64,000 nt of DNA from Candidatus Binatia bacterium (GTDB lineage: Bacteria; Desulfobacterota; Binatia; UBA9968; JAJDTQ01), in the NCBI GenBank assembly GCA_022824205.1, contig JAJEAI010000005.1, positions 2,632 to 66,631 on the forward strand. The letters are read 5' to 3'. The notes under the pieces are model-generated. The model did not search any database, was not told the DNA's origin, and saw nothing but the letters and a program-made list of their open reading frames with translations. The translations under genes were made by a program, and so were the position numbers. Within the stretch, counting starts at the first letter, position 1; the number at the start of each line of letters is the position of its first letter. This document shows positions 9,129 to 18,078 of this stretch, in pieces.

Positions 9129-11359
9129 GAGTCGTCGGTCAGGAGCTCCCCAGGGTCGAGATTCTGGAGAAGGTCACCGGACAGTCGGTGTTCGGCGCGG
9201 ACGTCTTGCCTGGCGGCCGGGTGCTTGCCGGCAAGATGGTGCTGAGCCCGCACCCCCACGCGCGCATCACCGCCATCCGCACCGAGCGCGCCGAACGCTT
9301 GCCGGGCGTCAAGGCGGTGGTCACGGCCGCGGACCTGCCGGCCATACGCTACGGGCGCTTCGTTCGCGACGAAGCCTACTTCGCCACCACCAAGGCGCGC
9401 TATGCCGGCGACCGCATCGCCGCGGTGGCGGCCGTGGACGAGGAGACCGCCGAGGAAGCGGCGCGGCTCATCGAGGTGGACTACGAGGTGCTGCCCTCGG
9501 TCACCTCCGGACTGGAGGCCATGGCGCCGGACGCGCCGCTGCTGCACGAAGACTACGCCGACTACTGGGCGCAGCCGGACCTCGACCGGCGCGGCAACGT
9601 CTGCGGCCACAAGCAGATCGTGCGCGGCGACGTGGAACGCGGGTTCGCCGAGGCCGACCGGATCTTCGAGCACCGCTTCCACGTGCCCATGGTGCACCAG
9701 ACCTACATCGAGCCGCACACCGCCACGGCGCGCTTCGACGCCTCGGGCAAGGCCACGGTGTGGGCGTCCTCCCTGGCCCTGTTCCCGTTGCGCGCGGCCA
9801 TCGCGCAGATCCTGCGGATGCCCATGACCAAGGTCCGGGTCATCCCCACCGAGATCGGCGGCGGCTTCGGCGGCAAGCTGTCGCCCACCGTCGAGCCCGC
9901 GGCGGTGGTTCTGGCCCGCAAGGCGCGGCGCCCGGTGCGCATCGTCATGAGCCGGAGCGAGGACTTTCAGACCACCAACCCCAGGCATCCGTTCCACCTG
10001 CGCTACAAGACCGGGGTCAAGCACGACGGCACCATCACCGCGCGGGAGATCGAGGTGGTGCTGGGGACCGGTTTCTCGGCCGGTTCCGGCGTCATGATCA
10101 GCCAGGGCGCGGCCGTGCGCGCGCCGGGACCCTACCGCGTGCCCAACCTCAAGATCGACAGCTACTGCGTCTACACCAACACGTCGACGTGCGGCGCCTA
10201 CCGCGGACCGGCGGGACCCCAGCTCGCCTTCGCCTCCGAGTCGCAGATGGACATCATCGCCCGTGAGCTGGGCATCGACCCCGTGGAGTTGCGGCTGCGC
10301 AACGCCATGGTGGACGGCGACGAGACTCCGGCCGGCGCCCGGCTCGAGGACGTGCACGCCAAGGAGACGCTGCTCAAGGCGGCGGAGGCCATGAACGCGG
10401 TGCCGCGGCCGCCGGGAAACAACGTCGGGCGCGGGGTGGCCATGGCCCACTGGCTCGTGGGCGGCATGGCGTCCAGCGCCGGCGTCAAGCTCAACGAGGA
10501 CGGCACCGTCGCCATCCTCACGGGCCTGGTGGACCTGAGCGGCGCCAGCACGTCCCTGGCGCAGATCGCCGCGGAAGTGCTCGGCGTATCCCTGGACGAT
10601 GTCCACGTGCGCACGGCGGACACGGACTTCGCGCCCCATTCCACCCTGAGTGCGGGCAGCCAGGCACTCAAGAGCATGGGCGGCGCGGTGCTGCTGGCGG
10701 CGCGGGAGGCGAAGCGGCAGATTCAGCAGGTGGCGGCGGACAAGCTCGAAGCCGACCCCGGCGACCTGGAGCTCGACGGCAACACGGTATTCGTCAAGGG
10801 GAGTCCGGAGCGGGCCGTGACACTGCGCGAGGTGGGTCAAATGGCCCTGGAGCACGCCCGCGGTCCCATCGTGAGCACGCAGTCCGTGTCCCAGCTCACG
10901 CCGCATCCGGCCATCGCCGCGCACGCGGCCGAGGTGGAGGTGGACCCGGAGACGGGCCGCGTCCGCATCCTGCGCTACGTGGCGGCGCAGGACGTCGGCA
11001 CCGCGGTCAATCCGCTCTCGGTGCGCGGTCAGATAGAGGGTGGGGTCATGCAGGGGCTGGGGCAGGCGCTCAGCGAGGCGTGCACCTTCACCGACGGGAA
11101 GATGGACAACGCCAACCTGCTGGATTACAAGATCTTCAGCGCCCTGGACGCCCCGCCCGTGGAAGTGCACCTGGTCCAGCACCCGTGCGCGTCGGGGCCG
11201 CTGGGGGCCAAGGGCGTGGGCGAGCCGCCCATCATTCCGCCGCCGGCGGTGATGGCCAACGCGGTGTATGACGCCGTGGGCGTGCGCATCCACGACCTGC
11301 CCATCACGCCCGAAAAGATCGTCAAGGCGCTCAAGGCCAAGCGGGCGGCGCAACGGTAG
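9125..11359 (+). CDS. molybdopterin-binding large subunit, xanthine dehydrogenase family
   Basis: The ATG at 9125 overlaps the CoxS-like stop. N-terminus MRVVGQELPRVEILEKVTGQSVFGADV; 744 aa. The active-site loop reads STCGAYRGPAGPQ, not the form I CO-dehydrogenase loop. Confidence 0.9.
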   Translation: MRVVGQELPRVEILEKVTGQSVFGADVLPGGRVLAGKMVLSPHPHARITAIRTERAERLPGVKAVVTAADLPAIRYGRFVRDEAYFATTKARYAGDRIAAVAAVDEETAEEAARLIEVDYEVLPSVTSGLEAMAPDAPLLHEDYADYWAQPDLDRRGNVCGHKQIVRGDVERGFAEADRIFEHRFHVPMVHQTYIEPHTATARFDASGKATVWASSLALFPLRAAIAQILRMPMTKVRVIPTEIGGGFGGKLSPTVEPAAVVLARKARRPVRIVMSRSEDFQTTNPRHPFHLRYKTGVKHDGTITAREIEVVLGTGFSAGSGVMISQGAAVRAPGPYRVPNLKIDSYCVYTNTSTCGAYRGPAGPQLAFASESQMDIIARELGIDPVELRLRNAMVDGDETPAGARLEDVHAKETLLKAAEAMNAVPRPPGNNVGRGVAMAHWLVGGMASSAGVKLNEDGTVAILTGLVDLSGASTSLAQIAAEVLGVSLDDVHVRTADTDFAPHSTLSAGSQALKSMGGAVLLAAREAKRQIQQVAADKLEADPGDLELDGNTVFVKGSPERAVTLREVGQMALEHARGPIVSTQSVSQLTPHPAIAAHAAEVEVDPETGRVRILRYVAAQDVGTAVNPLSVRGQIEGGVMQGLGQALSEACTFTDGKMDNANLLDYKIFSALDAPPVEVHLVQHPCASGPLGAKGVGEPPIIPPPAVMANAVYDAVGVRIHDLPITPEKIVKALKAKRAAQR

Positions 11360-11457
11360 CCCCCGTCGGGATGCGCGGGGCGAACGTCGAGCCCGGCGCC
11401 CCGCGCGCTCAAGCAAACGCCCCGTCCGCCGGGCGGGAACGAGAGCGGTGATCGCGG

Positions 11458-11485
11458 CCCGGAGGCCGCGGGCGCGGCCTCCGGG
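11458..11485. terminator. GC-rich 12-bp-stem hairpin between convergent genes
   Basis: cccggaggccgc-gggc-gcggcctccggg is a perfect stem. It lies between the stop of the large subunit (11359) and the stop of the glutaredoxin-like gene (11486). No U-tract on either strand. Confidence 0.35.
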
Positions 11486-11719
11486 TCAGAGCCCGAGAAG
11501 CGTGTCGATCCGATCCTGATCGAAGCCCACCACCGCCTCCCCGTCGATGATGACCACCGGGGTGCTCTGGAAACCGCGGGCCAGCAGGTCCTTCAGGGCC
11601 TCCTCGTCCTCGCGAATGTTCTTCTCCACGAAATCGACGCCTTTTTGAGAAAGATACTCCTTCTCTCGATGACAAGGCGGTCAACCGGGCTGGGTGAACA
11701 GAATGATGGAATCTGCCAT
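11486..11719 (-). CDS. YruB-type glutaredoxin-like protein with in-frame TGA (putative selenocysteine) in a UPPC redox motif
   Basis: The ATG at 11719 is preceded by GGAGG. Translation: MADSIILFTQPG-TGA-PPCHREKEYLSQKGVDFVEKNIREDEEALKDLLARGFQSTPVVIIDGEAVVGFDQDRIDTLLGL. The TGA at 11683-11681 occupies the first Cys of the CPPC motif. Neither half is in the ORF track. Confidence 0.65.
11638..11679 (-). promoter_or_regulatory. SECIS-like stem-loop immediately 3' of the TGA
   Basis: On the mRNA: UGA-c-CGCCUU-gucauc-GAGAGA-aggaguauc-UUUCUC-aaa-AAGGCG. This gives an outer 6-bp stem and an inner 6-bp stem (one G-U pair) with a GU-containing apical loop. Confidence 0.45.
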
Positions 11720-11854
11720 GGGTACCTCCGTGGGTGTCTTCATAACACCGGCCTGAGCGTTTCTCAACGCGCGCCTTGACATGCGGGCGCCACTTCTGTA
11801 GCCAAGGGGGCTTGGCGTCGACAACGCCCGCAAAATCGGAACGGAGGGACATGC

Positions 11855-12904
11855 ATGACACGCAAGGGACTATCGTTTCTGGCCGCGGCCATCATCGTGG
11901 GCGCCGCCCTGTTCGCGGCTCCCGAGGGGCGTGCCGAAGACTTCTACAAGGGCAAGACATTCCGCTTCATCGTCGGCTTCTCTCCCGGAGGCGGCTACGA
12001 CACGTACACCCGGCTGATCGCCCGCTACTTCGGCAGGTACGTCCCCGGCAACCCCACCACGCTCGTTCAGAACATGACCGGCGCCGGCAGCCTCATCTCC
12101 GCCAACTACATCGGCCGGCGCGCCAAGCCCGACGGCCTCAGCGGCGCGGTGTTCAACAACTCGCTCATCGTACAGTCCGCCCTGGGCGACAAGAAGGCCG
12201 GCGCGGTGCCTTTCGACAAGATGGAATGGGTCGGCGCCCCCAGCAGGGGCGAGATCGTGTGCATGATGATGGCCTTCACCGGCAAGACCACGTGGAAGGA
12301 CGTCATCAACTCGAAGGAGCCCATCAAGATAGGCGCCACCCGCGCCGGCTCCACCGGCCACGACATCCCGGCGATACTCAACAAGGCCATGGGCACCAAG
12401 TTGAAGATCATCACCGGGTACCGCGGTACAGCCACCATACGGCTGGCTCTGGAAGGACGGGAGGTCGACGGCTTCTGCTCCCAGTGGGAATCCATGAGGG
12501 TGACCGCCCGAAGCATGCTGGACGCCGAGGGGGACCAGAAACTGGTTCCCTTCGTCATCGACAGCCACAGCTATCCGGATCCGGAGATCCAGAAGATACC
12601 GCTGTTCAAGGACGTGTTGAACGAGGAAGGCCTCAAGCTCTACAACTCATGGGCGTTCCAGATGGCGTTCCAAAGGATGCTGGCACTGCCGCCGGGCACG
12701 CCCAAGGACCGCCTGGAGATCCTGCGGGCGGCCTACGAAAAGACCGTGAAGGACCCCAAACTGCTCGCCGAAGCCAAGAAGGCCAAGCTCGTGTTCACCT
12801 ATGTGCCGGGTCCCGAGGTGGAGAAACTCGTGAGCGGGATCCTCGAAATGCCGCCGGAGGTCAAGGAGAGCCTGTCCTTCCTCGTCAGTCAAACGAAGAA
12901 GTAG
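11855..12904 (+). CDS. Bug/TctC-family periplasmic substrate-binding protein
   Basis: Signal peptide LSFLAAAIIVGAALFAAPEGRA, then KTFRFIVGFSPGGGYDTYTRLIARYF...VQNMTGAGSLISANYI...KPDGL. Confidence 0.75.
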   Translation: MTRKGLSFLAAAIIVGAALFAAPEGRAEDFYKGKTFRFIVGFSPGGGYDTYTRLIARYFGRYVPGNPTTLVQNMTGAGSLISANYIGRRAKPDGLSGAVFNNSLIVQSALGDKKAGAVPFDKMEWVGAPSRGEIVCMMMAFTGKTTWKDVINSKEPIKIGATRAGSTGHDIPAILNKAMGTKLKIITGYRGTATIRLALEGREVDGFCSQWESMRVTARSMLDAEGDQKLVPFVIDSHSYPDPEIQKIPLFKDVLNEEGLKLYNSWAFQMAFQRMLALPPGTPKDRLEILRAAYEKTVKDPKLLAEAKKAKLVFTYVPGPEVEKLVSGILEMPPEVKESLSFLVSQTKK

Positions 12905-12931
12905 CCGCGAGGTGAAGGGAGGGCCGGGAGC

Positions 12932-14386
12932 CTACGGCTCTTCGCCCTCCCCTTCTCCCGCTCGCCAACCCCTCACCAACTCCACCTTCATCACTTTTCC
13001 GGTCGCCCCCTTGGGCAACTCGGACACGAAGCGGATGTGCCGCGGGTACTTGAAGCGGGCCAGCCGGTCCGCGCAATAGGCCGCCAGGGTGTTCGTTTCC
13101 GGCCTGACACCCGGTTTCACCACCACGAACGCGGCGACCTCCTCACCCAGCTCCGGGTGTGGTACCCCCACCACGGCGGCCTCGGCCACGTCCGGGTGCT
13201 CGACCAGCACCGCCTCGACTTCCTGCGGGAAAACCGAATAGCCGCCCCGGAGGATGCGTTCCCGCAGGCGTCCGGTGATCTCCACGAACCCGCCGGCGGA
13301 GATCCGCGCGAGATCGCCGGTCCGGAACCAACCCTCCTCCAGCACCGGGGCGGGATCGTTCCAGTAACCTTGCAGCGCGGCCGGGGTCCTGATCCAGAGT
13401 TCCCCCGTGTCTCCTTCCCCGGTGGCAGCGCTCTCGTCCGCAACCACCCGGACGTCGACACCCGGAACCGCGCGTCCGATGCATTCCGGCCGGTCCTCCG
13501 GCTCCGACGCCAGATACGAGATGGGCCGGAACAACTCGGTCATGCCGTAACCCCGGAGGATGCGATGGCCGGCGCGGCGGCGCCATTCCGAAGCCAGCTC
13601 CCACGGGCACGGCGCCGCGCCCGACACCGCCAGGCGAAGGGAGGACAGGTCCGCGCCGGCAAACTCCGGCGCGCCCAACAGCCGCCGGAACATCGTGGCC
13701 ACACCCAGAAACAGCGTCACGCGACGGTCCGTCATGGCCTCGAGCACCTTGTCCGGAGCGAACCCCCCGGGCAGCACGACGGTAGCGCCCCTGAGCAAGG
13801 GAGCCAGCAACGAGCCGTTCAGACCGAAGGAATGGGGCAGCGGCAGCACCGACAACACCACGTCTTCCGGCACCACCGCCATCATGTCCGCCCACGAGTG
13901 GTTCGCGAACGTCAGCGCCGCGTGGCTGAACACCGCGCCCTTGGGCCGTCCGGTGCTGCCCGAGCTGTAGCCGAAGTGGGCCGGCGCGGCCCCTTCCGGC
14001 GCCGTGTTCCACTGTCCTGGCCGTGCCGCCACACCCTCCACCACCAGCGCCGGAGCCACGTCCGCCAGGACTGCGTCCCGTTCCTCCGACTTGAGCAGCG
14101 GGCTCAACGGCACCGCGGTGGCGCCGAGCTTCCAGGTGCCCAGCATTGCCGCCGCGAAGCTCCAGTGATTCGGCAACACCAGCGCCACCCGGTCACCGGA
14201 CCGGACGCCCCGTTCCGCGAGCTCCCGCGCGAATCCCGCGGCGCGTTCGTGCAGCACGTTGTAACTGAGCGTCTCGTCGGGACAGACCAGCGCGGGCTTC
14301 TCCGGGAAGCGGGCGGCGGTCTCTTCCAACAGGCAGACGAAATTTCGTGTGGGGGAACTCACTTGGTTAAAGACGGGTACCGCCAC
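12932..14386 (-). CDS. AMP-dependent acyl-CoA synthetase/ligase
   Basis: YSSGSTGRPKGAV AMP-binding motif, LRGYGMTE, and C-terminal PKGATGKV. Confidence 0.9.
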   Translation of the reverse strand: MAVPVFNQVSSPTRNFVCLLEETAARFPEKPALVCPDETLSYNVLHERAAGFARELAERGVRSGDRVALVLPNHWSFAAAMLGTWKLGATAVPLSPLLKSEERDAVLADVAPALVVEGVAARPGQWNTAPEGAAPAHFGYSSGSTGRPKGAVFSHAALTFANHSWADMMAVVPEDVVLSVLPLPHSFGLNGSLLAPLLRGATVVLPGGFAPDKVLEAMTDRRVTLFLGVATMFRRLLGAPEFAGADLSSLRLAVSGAAPCPWELASEWRRRAGHRILRGYGMTELFRPISYLASEPEDRPECIGRAVPGVDVRVVADESAATGEGDTGELWIRTPAALQGYWNDPAPVLEEGWFRTGDLARISAGGFVEITGRLRERILRGGYSVFPQEVEAVLVEHPDVAEAAVVGVPHPELGEEVAAFVVVKPGVRPETNTLAAYCADRLARFKYPRHIRFVSELPKGATGKVMKVELVRGWRAGEGEGEEP

Positions 14387-14389
14387 CCT

Positions 14390-14629
14390 GAACCGTCATT
14401 CCCGCGGAAGCTTGCCCTCGACCCCGATCGGGAGCGGGGTGAACCTTTCGCGGGAATGACCCATGTCGGCTCTCGGCCGACACACAGGGGGATGAAAAGG
14501 AGACTTCGGCCCCCCAATACGTCATTCCCGTCCCCCAATACGTCATTCCCGCGGAAGCGGGAATCCAGGGGTGGTTGTGTGGCGGCCCCATTGCCCCCGG
14601 CCCCACCCCGCCTGGATTCCCGCTTCCGC
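14390..14629. repeat. composite REP-like palindromic element (family 1, GTCATTCCCGCG-GAA-GCGGGAAT core)
   Basis: Nested inverted repeats: ccccaatacgtcattcccgcggaagcgggaatccaggggtgg ... ccaccccgcctggattcccgcttccgcgggaatgacgtattgggg. Confidence 0.85.
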
Positions 14630-14752
14630 GGGAATGACGTATTGGGGGACGGGAATGACGCATTGGGGGACGGGAATGACGCATTGGAGGGACGGGAATG
14701 ACGCATTGGAGGGCCGGAATGACGCATTGGAGAGCCGGAATGACGTATTCAA
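14630..14752. repeat. tandem array of about 5.7 units of a 21-22 bp repeat (GGGAATGACGCATTGGRGGRMC)
   Basis: Units start at 14630, 14651, 14672, 14694, 14716 and 14737 (the last is partial). Two inverted copies of the same unit lie at about 14511-14553. Confidence 0.85.
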
Positions 14753-14797
14753 CCGGGCGTAACAAGCCAACCAATCTCCTGCGGCGCGGAAAGCCCA

Positions 14798-16147
14798 CTA
14801 GAGCCCCAGCTTGTCCAGGTCGATGCGTTCCAGCACCTCCCGTGGAATGCGGTTGCGCGGCGTGTATTCGGCCAGGGAAGGCTTGGCCGTGGCGTCGACG
14901 CCCCACTTGGCGGTGTAGCCGTCCGAGTCCGTCGAGGGGTCGAGGTCCGAGCCGCGGGTGTTGGAGATCACCGTGATGTCGCGGTCCGCCTGGCAGCGGG
15001 TACCCAGGGCCCAGGCCACCTCCCGGTCATCGAAGACGTTGACGTCATGGTCCACCACCACCACGCGCTTGATGTACATGTCGGCGCCCAGCACCGCCAG
15101 GATGGCGTTCTTGGCCTGTCCGGAGACCCGCTGCTCGATGGCCACGTAGCAGCTAAAGGGCGCGGGCACGCGCACCGCCGTCACCGACGGGACGATGGCG
15201 CGCACGGCGCGGTAGAGGTTCGCCTCCATGGGGATCGTGGACAGCAGCAGGTGGTCCACCTGGGCCACGGAGATGTCGTGGAACAGCGCTCCCTCCCGCA
15301 TGGTCACGGCCTGGTAGCGTACCACCTCGCGCTGGCGCTCTCCCAGGCTGTAGCCCGTGAACTCGCTGAACGGCCCCTCGGGGGTGCGCTCGCCGGGCAG
15401 GATCTCGCCCTCCAGGACGATCTCCGCGTGAGCCGGCACGAGCAGGTCCGAGGTCTCGCAGCGCACCAGCTCCAGCGGTTCACCCAGGACGCCGCCCATG
15501 ATGGCGCGCTCGTCCTCGTCGATGGAGCCGATGGCCAGCGCTCCCAGGCCGATGGCGGGATGCACCCCCACGGCGAAGGCCACGGGCAACGCCTCGCCGC
15601 GGGCCTCCGCCTTCCGGTAGAACTCCCACAGGTGCTTGGACGCGGTGATGTGGATGGACGTGCGGTCCTTGCCCATGATCATCAGGCGGTTGTAGGCACA
15701 GTTCCAGGTGCCGTCCTCCGGGTCCCGCGCGAACGAGACGGCGGCGGTGAGGTAGGGTCCGGCGTCCGCCGCGTGATGGACGATCTGCGGCAACGCCAGC
15801 AGATCGACGTCGGCACCTGTGTACACCACCTCCTTGACCGGCCCGGTGTCCACCACCACCGGCGCCACCGGGCGCTCCATGGCTTTCAGGAACACGCGCT
15901 GGACCTCGCGCGGCTCGGCGTTCATGGCCAATGCCATGCGCCGCCGGCTCGCGTGGAGGTTGGTCACCACCGGGAGCGCGCTGCCCTTGACGTTCTCCAG
16001 CAGGAGCACCGGCCGGCGGCGCCGTTCACGGGCCAGCTTCGCCACCAGCGCGCTCACCTCGTAGCGCGGGTCCACGGGATCGGCGATCCTGACCAGATCG
16101 TCCTTCGATTCCACCAACTCCAGATAGCTTCCAAGGTCCTGCGGCAT
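14798..16147 (-). CDS. UbiD-family decarboxylase
   Basis: 449 aa. N-terminus DLGSYLELVESKDDLVRIADPVDPRYEVSAL...LLLENVKGS, with family-typical length and layout. Confidence 0.85.
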   Translation of the reverse strand: MPQDLGSYLELVESKDDLVRIADPVDPRYEVSALVAKLARERRRRPVLLLENVKGSALPVVTNLHASRRRMALAMNAEPREVQRVFLKAMERPVAPVVVDTGPVKEVVYTGADVDLLALPQIVHHAADAGPYLTAAVSFARDPEDGTWNCAYNRLMIMGKDRTSIHITASKHLWEFYRKAEARGEALPVAFAVGVHPAIGLGALAIGSIDEDERAIMGGVLGEPLELVRCETSDLLVPAHAEIVLEGEILPGERTPEGPFSEFTGYSLGERQREVVRYQAVTMREGALFHDISVAQVDHLLLSTIPMEANLYRAVRAIVPSVTAVRVPAPFSCYVAIEQRVSGQAKNAILAVLGADMYIKRVVVVDHDVNVFDDREVAWALGTRCQADRDITVISNTRGSDLDPSTDSDGYTAKWGVDATAKPSLAEYTPRNRIPREVLERIDLDKLGL

Positions 16148-16262
16148 GGGTCACCTGTTACTCGGGAATTTCGCCGCAGGCAAGGGATCGCTGCCGCCGG
16201 TTTGACACGCGGCGGGCTTTCCGGTGAAGAAACAGGAAGGGTAGAACGGAAACGGAGGGAAC

Positions 16263-16838
16263 ATGGCCATCGACGAAGAACGGGAGATCGACGATCCCGG
16301 CTGCTGCTCCATAGACTACGGCCACCACAAGGCCGTCTTCGAGCGCCGCCGGAAAGCCTACCAGGAGGATCCATCCACGGCGGTCACGGTGCACGAGGCG
16401 CGCATCCGCCTGGTCAACGACCACCTGAAGGAAGCCAGGACGTCGGAAGGGTACACCATCCTGTGCGACGAGCCGGAGTCGCGCGGCGGCACCGGCAAGG
16501 GCGCGGCCCCGCTCCAGTACTTCGTCGCCTCCATCGGCTTCTGAATGCTCAGCCAAGTGACGCAGTTGGCGTCATTCATGGACATCCGCATCGAGCGTGC
16601 CGAGATGTCGGTGCGCGGAGAGTTCGACCAGAAGGGCAAGTTCGGGTTGTCGGACGTGCCGTCGGCATGCACCCGGCTGGTCTACCGGCTGGAGTTGCAG
16701 AGCCCGGACAGCCAGGAACGCATCGTCGAGTTCACCGAGGCGCTGGAACGCTCCTGCTACACCACCAACACGCTCCGGCGCCCTGTGGAGGTGGTGCCGG
16801 AGCTGACCCTCAACGGAGTGGACGTACCGCTGGGGTAG
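16263..16838 (+). CDS. OsmC-family peroxiredoxin-like protein with in-frame TGA (putative selenocysteine) at the first catalytic Cys position
   Basis: Track ORFs 16263..16544 and 16545..16838 are contiguous and in the same frame, separated only by the TGA at 16542-16544. The joined protein reads ...CDEPESRGGTGKGAAPLQYFVASIGF-U-MLSQVTQLASF...ALERSCYTTNTLRRP. GGAGG lies upstream of the ATG at 16263. Confidence 0.7.
16556..16576 (+). promoter_or_regulatory. SECIS-like hairpin 11 nt downstream of the TGA
   Basis: AGUGACGC-aguug-GCGUCAUU forms an 8-bp stem (one G-U pair) with a 5-nt GU-containing loop. It starts 11 nt after the UGA. Confidence 0.5.
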
Positions 16839-16849
16839 CCCGGTCCGCG

Positions 16850-17080
16850 TGGATTCCCGCTTGCCAGGCTGTGTGAAAACTCCGCGTGGATGAGAATCGG
16901 TACCAAACCCCCGGATCATCATTCCCGCGAAACAGAGTGTGTCAACACTCCACTCAAGAGACGCAACACCCCCTGAACCGTCATTTTCGCGGAAGCGGGA
17001 ATCCAGGAGGCGCGTGGGCGGGGAGGCCGCCCAGTTGGCCCCTCTCCACCCCTGGATTCCCGCTTTCGCGGGAATGACGA
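16850..17080. repeat. family 1 composite REP-like element
   Basis: tcattcccgcgaaacagagtgtgtcaacac...caagagacgcaacaccccctgaaccgtcattttcgcggaagcgggaatccagg ... cccctggattcccgctttcgcgggaatgacg. Confidence 0.85.
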
Positions 17081-17133
17081 TCGTAGGGCTTGCTGCGGAT
17101 CACAAACTTTTTTGCAACATTGGGGTTAACTTC

Positions 17134-17949
17134 CTACCCTTGCTCCAGCACCCAGCGGGCCACCTCGTCGTGGCGCGCGAACCACACTCGGGAGAAGCCC
17201 TTCATGTAACGCAATATCTCCGTCAGCACGGCGGCGATCATGGGCCGGCCGCCGAAGTGCGCGTGGACCGTAAGGTTGATCATTTCCGGGGCGTCGGACC
17301 GGTACAGGAAGTCGAACGTGTCCTTGTAGACGTTGAGAAAGTCGCGCGGGCTGCCCCGCAGCACGCGGTTGTCCGCGAAGTCGCTGTGGGGGATGGCCAC
17401 AATGTCCCCGGAGGCGGTGGCCATGCGGTAGGGCACGTCGGTGTCGTTGTAGTCGCCGTGCCAGACGCAGCCGGCTTCCGCCAGAAACCCCGCGGTGTGC
17501 TCCGTGGGCGTCGCCCTCGGACTCAGCCACCCCACCGGTCGCACCCCCGACACACCTTCGATGAGATCGAAGCAGCGCCCGATGACTTCCCTTTCCGCCT
17601 CCGCCGAAAGATCGGTGAGAAAGGTGTCCTGAGTGTACGAATGGCCCGCCAACTCGTGCCCGTTGTCGTGCAGCGCCTTGACCGCATCGGGGAACATCTC
17701 CGCGGAGCGGCCGCTCACGCACACCGTGGCGGGCACCTCGAACTCCCGGAACATCTTCATGAAGCGCCAGACCCCGGTGCGCCCGCCGTACTCGGACCAG
17801 GAGACTCCGAGCCGGTCCACCACGCCGGGCTTGAGCGGCGAGGACATGGGCGAATAGGACGGCGCCTTGCCCACGGACCAAGTCTCGAACATCGGCGTCA
17901 CCAGCACCGCCACCTTGGCGTCATCAGGCCATTTGTCGATAGTTGTCAA
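17134..17949 (-). CDS. polysaccharide deacetylase (NodB/PuuE-like) family protein
   Basis: VAVLVTPMFETW...ATVCVSGRSAEMFPDAVKALHDNGHELAGHSYTQD. Confidence 0.8.
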   Translation of the reverse strand: MTTIDKWPDDAKVAVLVTPMFETWSVGKAPSYSPMSSPLKPGVVDRLGVSWSEYGGRTGVWRFMKMFREFEVPATVCVSGRSAEMFPDAVKALHDNGHELAGHSYTQDTFLTDLSAEAEREVIGRCFDLIEGVSGVRPVGWLSPRATPTEHTAGFLAEAGCVWHGDYNDTDVPYRMATASGDIVAIPHSDFADNRVLRGSPRDFLNVYKDTFDFLYRSDAPEMINLTVHAHFGGRPMIAAVLTEILRYMKGFSRVWFARHDEVARWVLEQG

Positions 17950-18078
17950 TGTTCCATACCCCTTCCCATCATTGTTGGCGCCGTGACCCGACAGCCGGGG
18001 GGCGCGCCATAGGCCCCCGGCGCTTCCTGCCGTCGCCGGCTTCTCGTCTCTGAATTTCCGTGTGGCCCGCGGCCCCGG

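Noticed and set aside
7774-11359. Calling either molybdoenzyme operon an aerobic carbon monoxide dehydrogenase (coxMSL).
   Set aside because: The large-subunit active-site loops do not show the form I Cys-containing signature, and no cox accessory genes are present. Only the family-level call is supported.
11776-11804. TTGACA-N17-TAGCCA as a promoter for the TctC-like gene at 11855.
   Set aside because: The -10 match is too poor to call without transcript data.
11409-11861. 150-aa minus-strand ORF covering the glutaredoxin-like locus.
   Set aside because: It is Arg/Gly/Pro-rich with no motifs and no RBS. It overlaps, in another frame, a much better supported small thioredoxin-fold gene.
14511-14752. 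Possible CRISPR array, because of regularly spaced short repeats.
   Set aside because: The units are contiguous 21-22 bp tandem repeats with no spacers. They are derived from the REP arm, and no cas genes are nearby.
16263-16838. Reading the OsmC-like locus as two small genes or as a pseudogene with a nonsense mutation.
   Set aside because: The single stop is a TGA exactly at the catalytic Cys column, both halves are otherwise intact, and a hairpin sits at SECIS-like spacing. The pseudogene alternative still cannot be excluded without evidence of Sec machinery.
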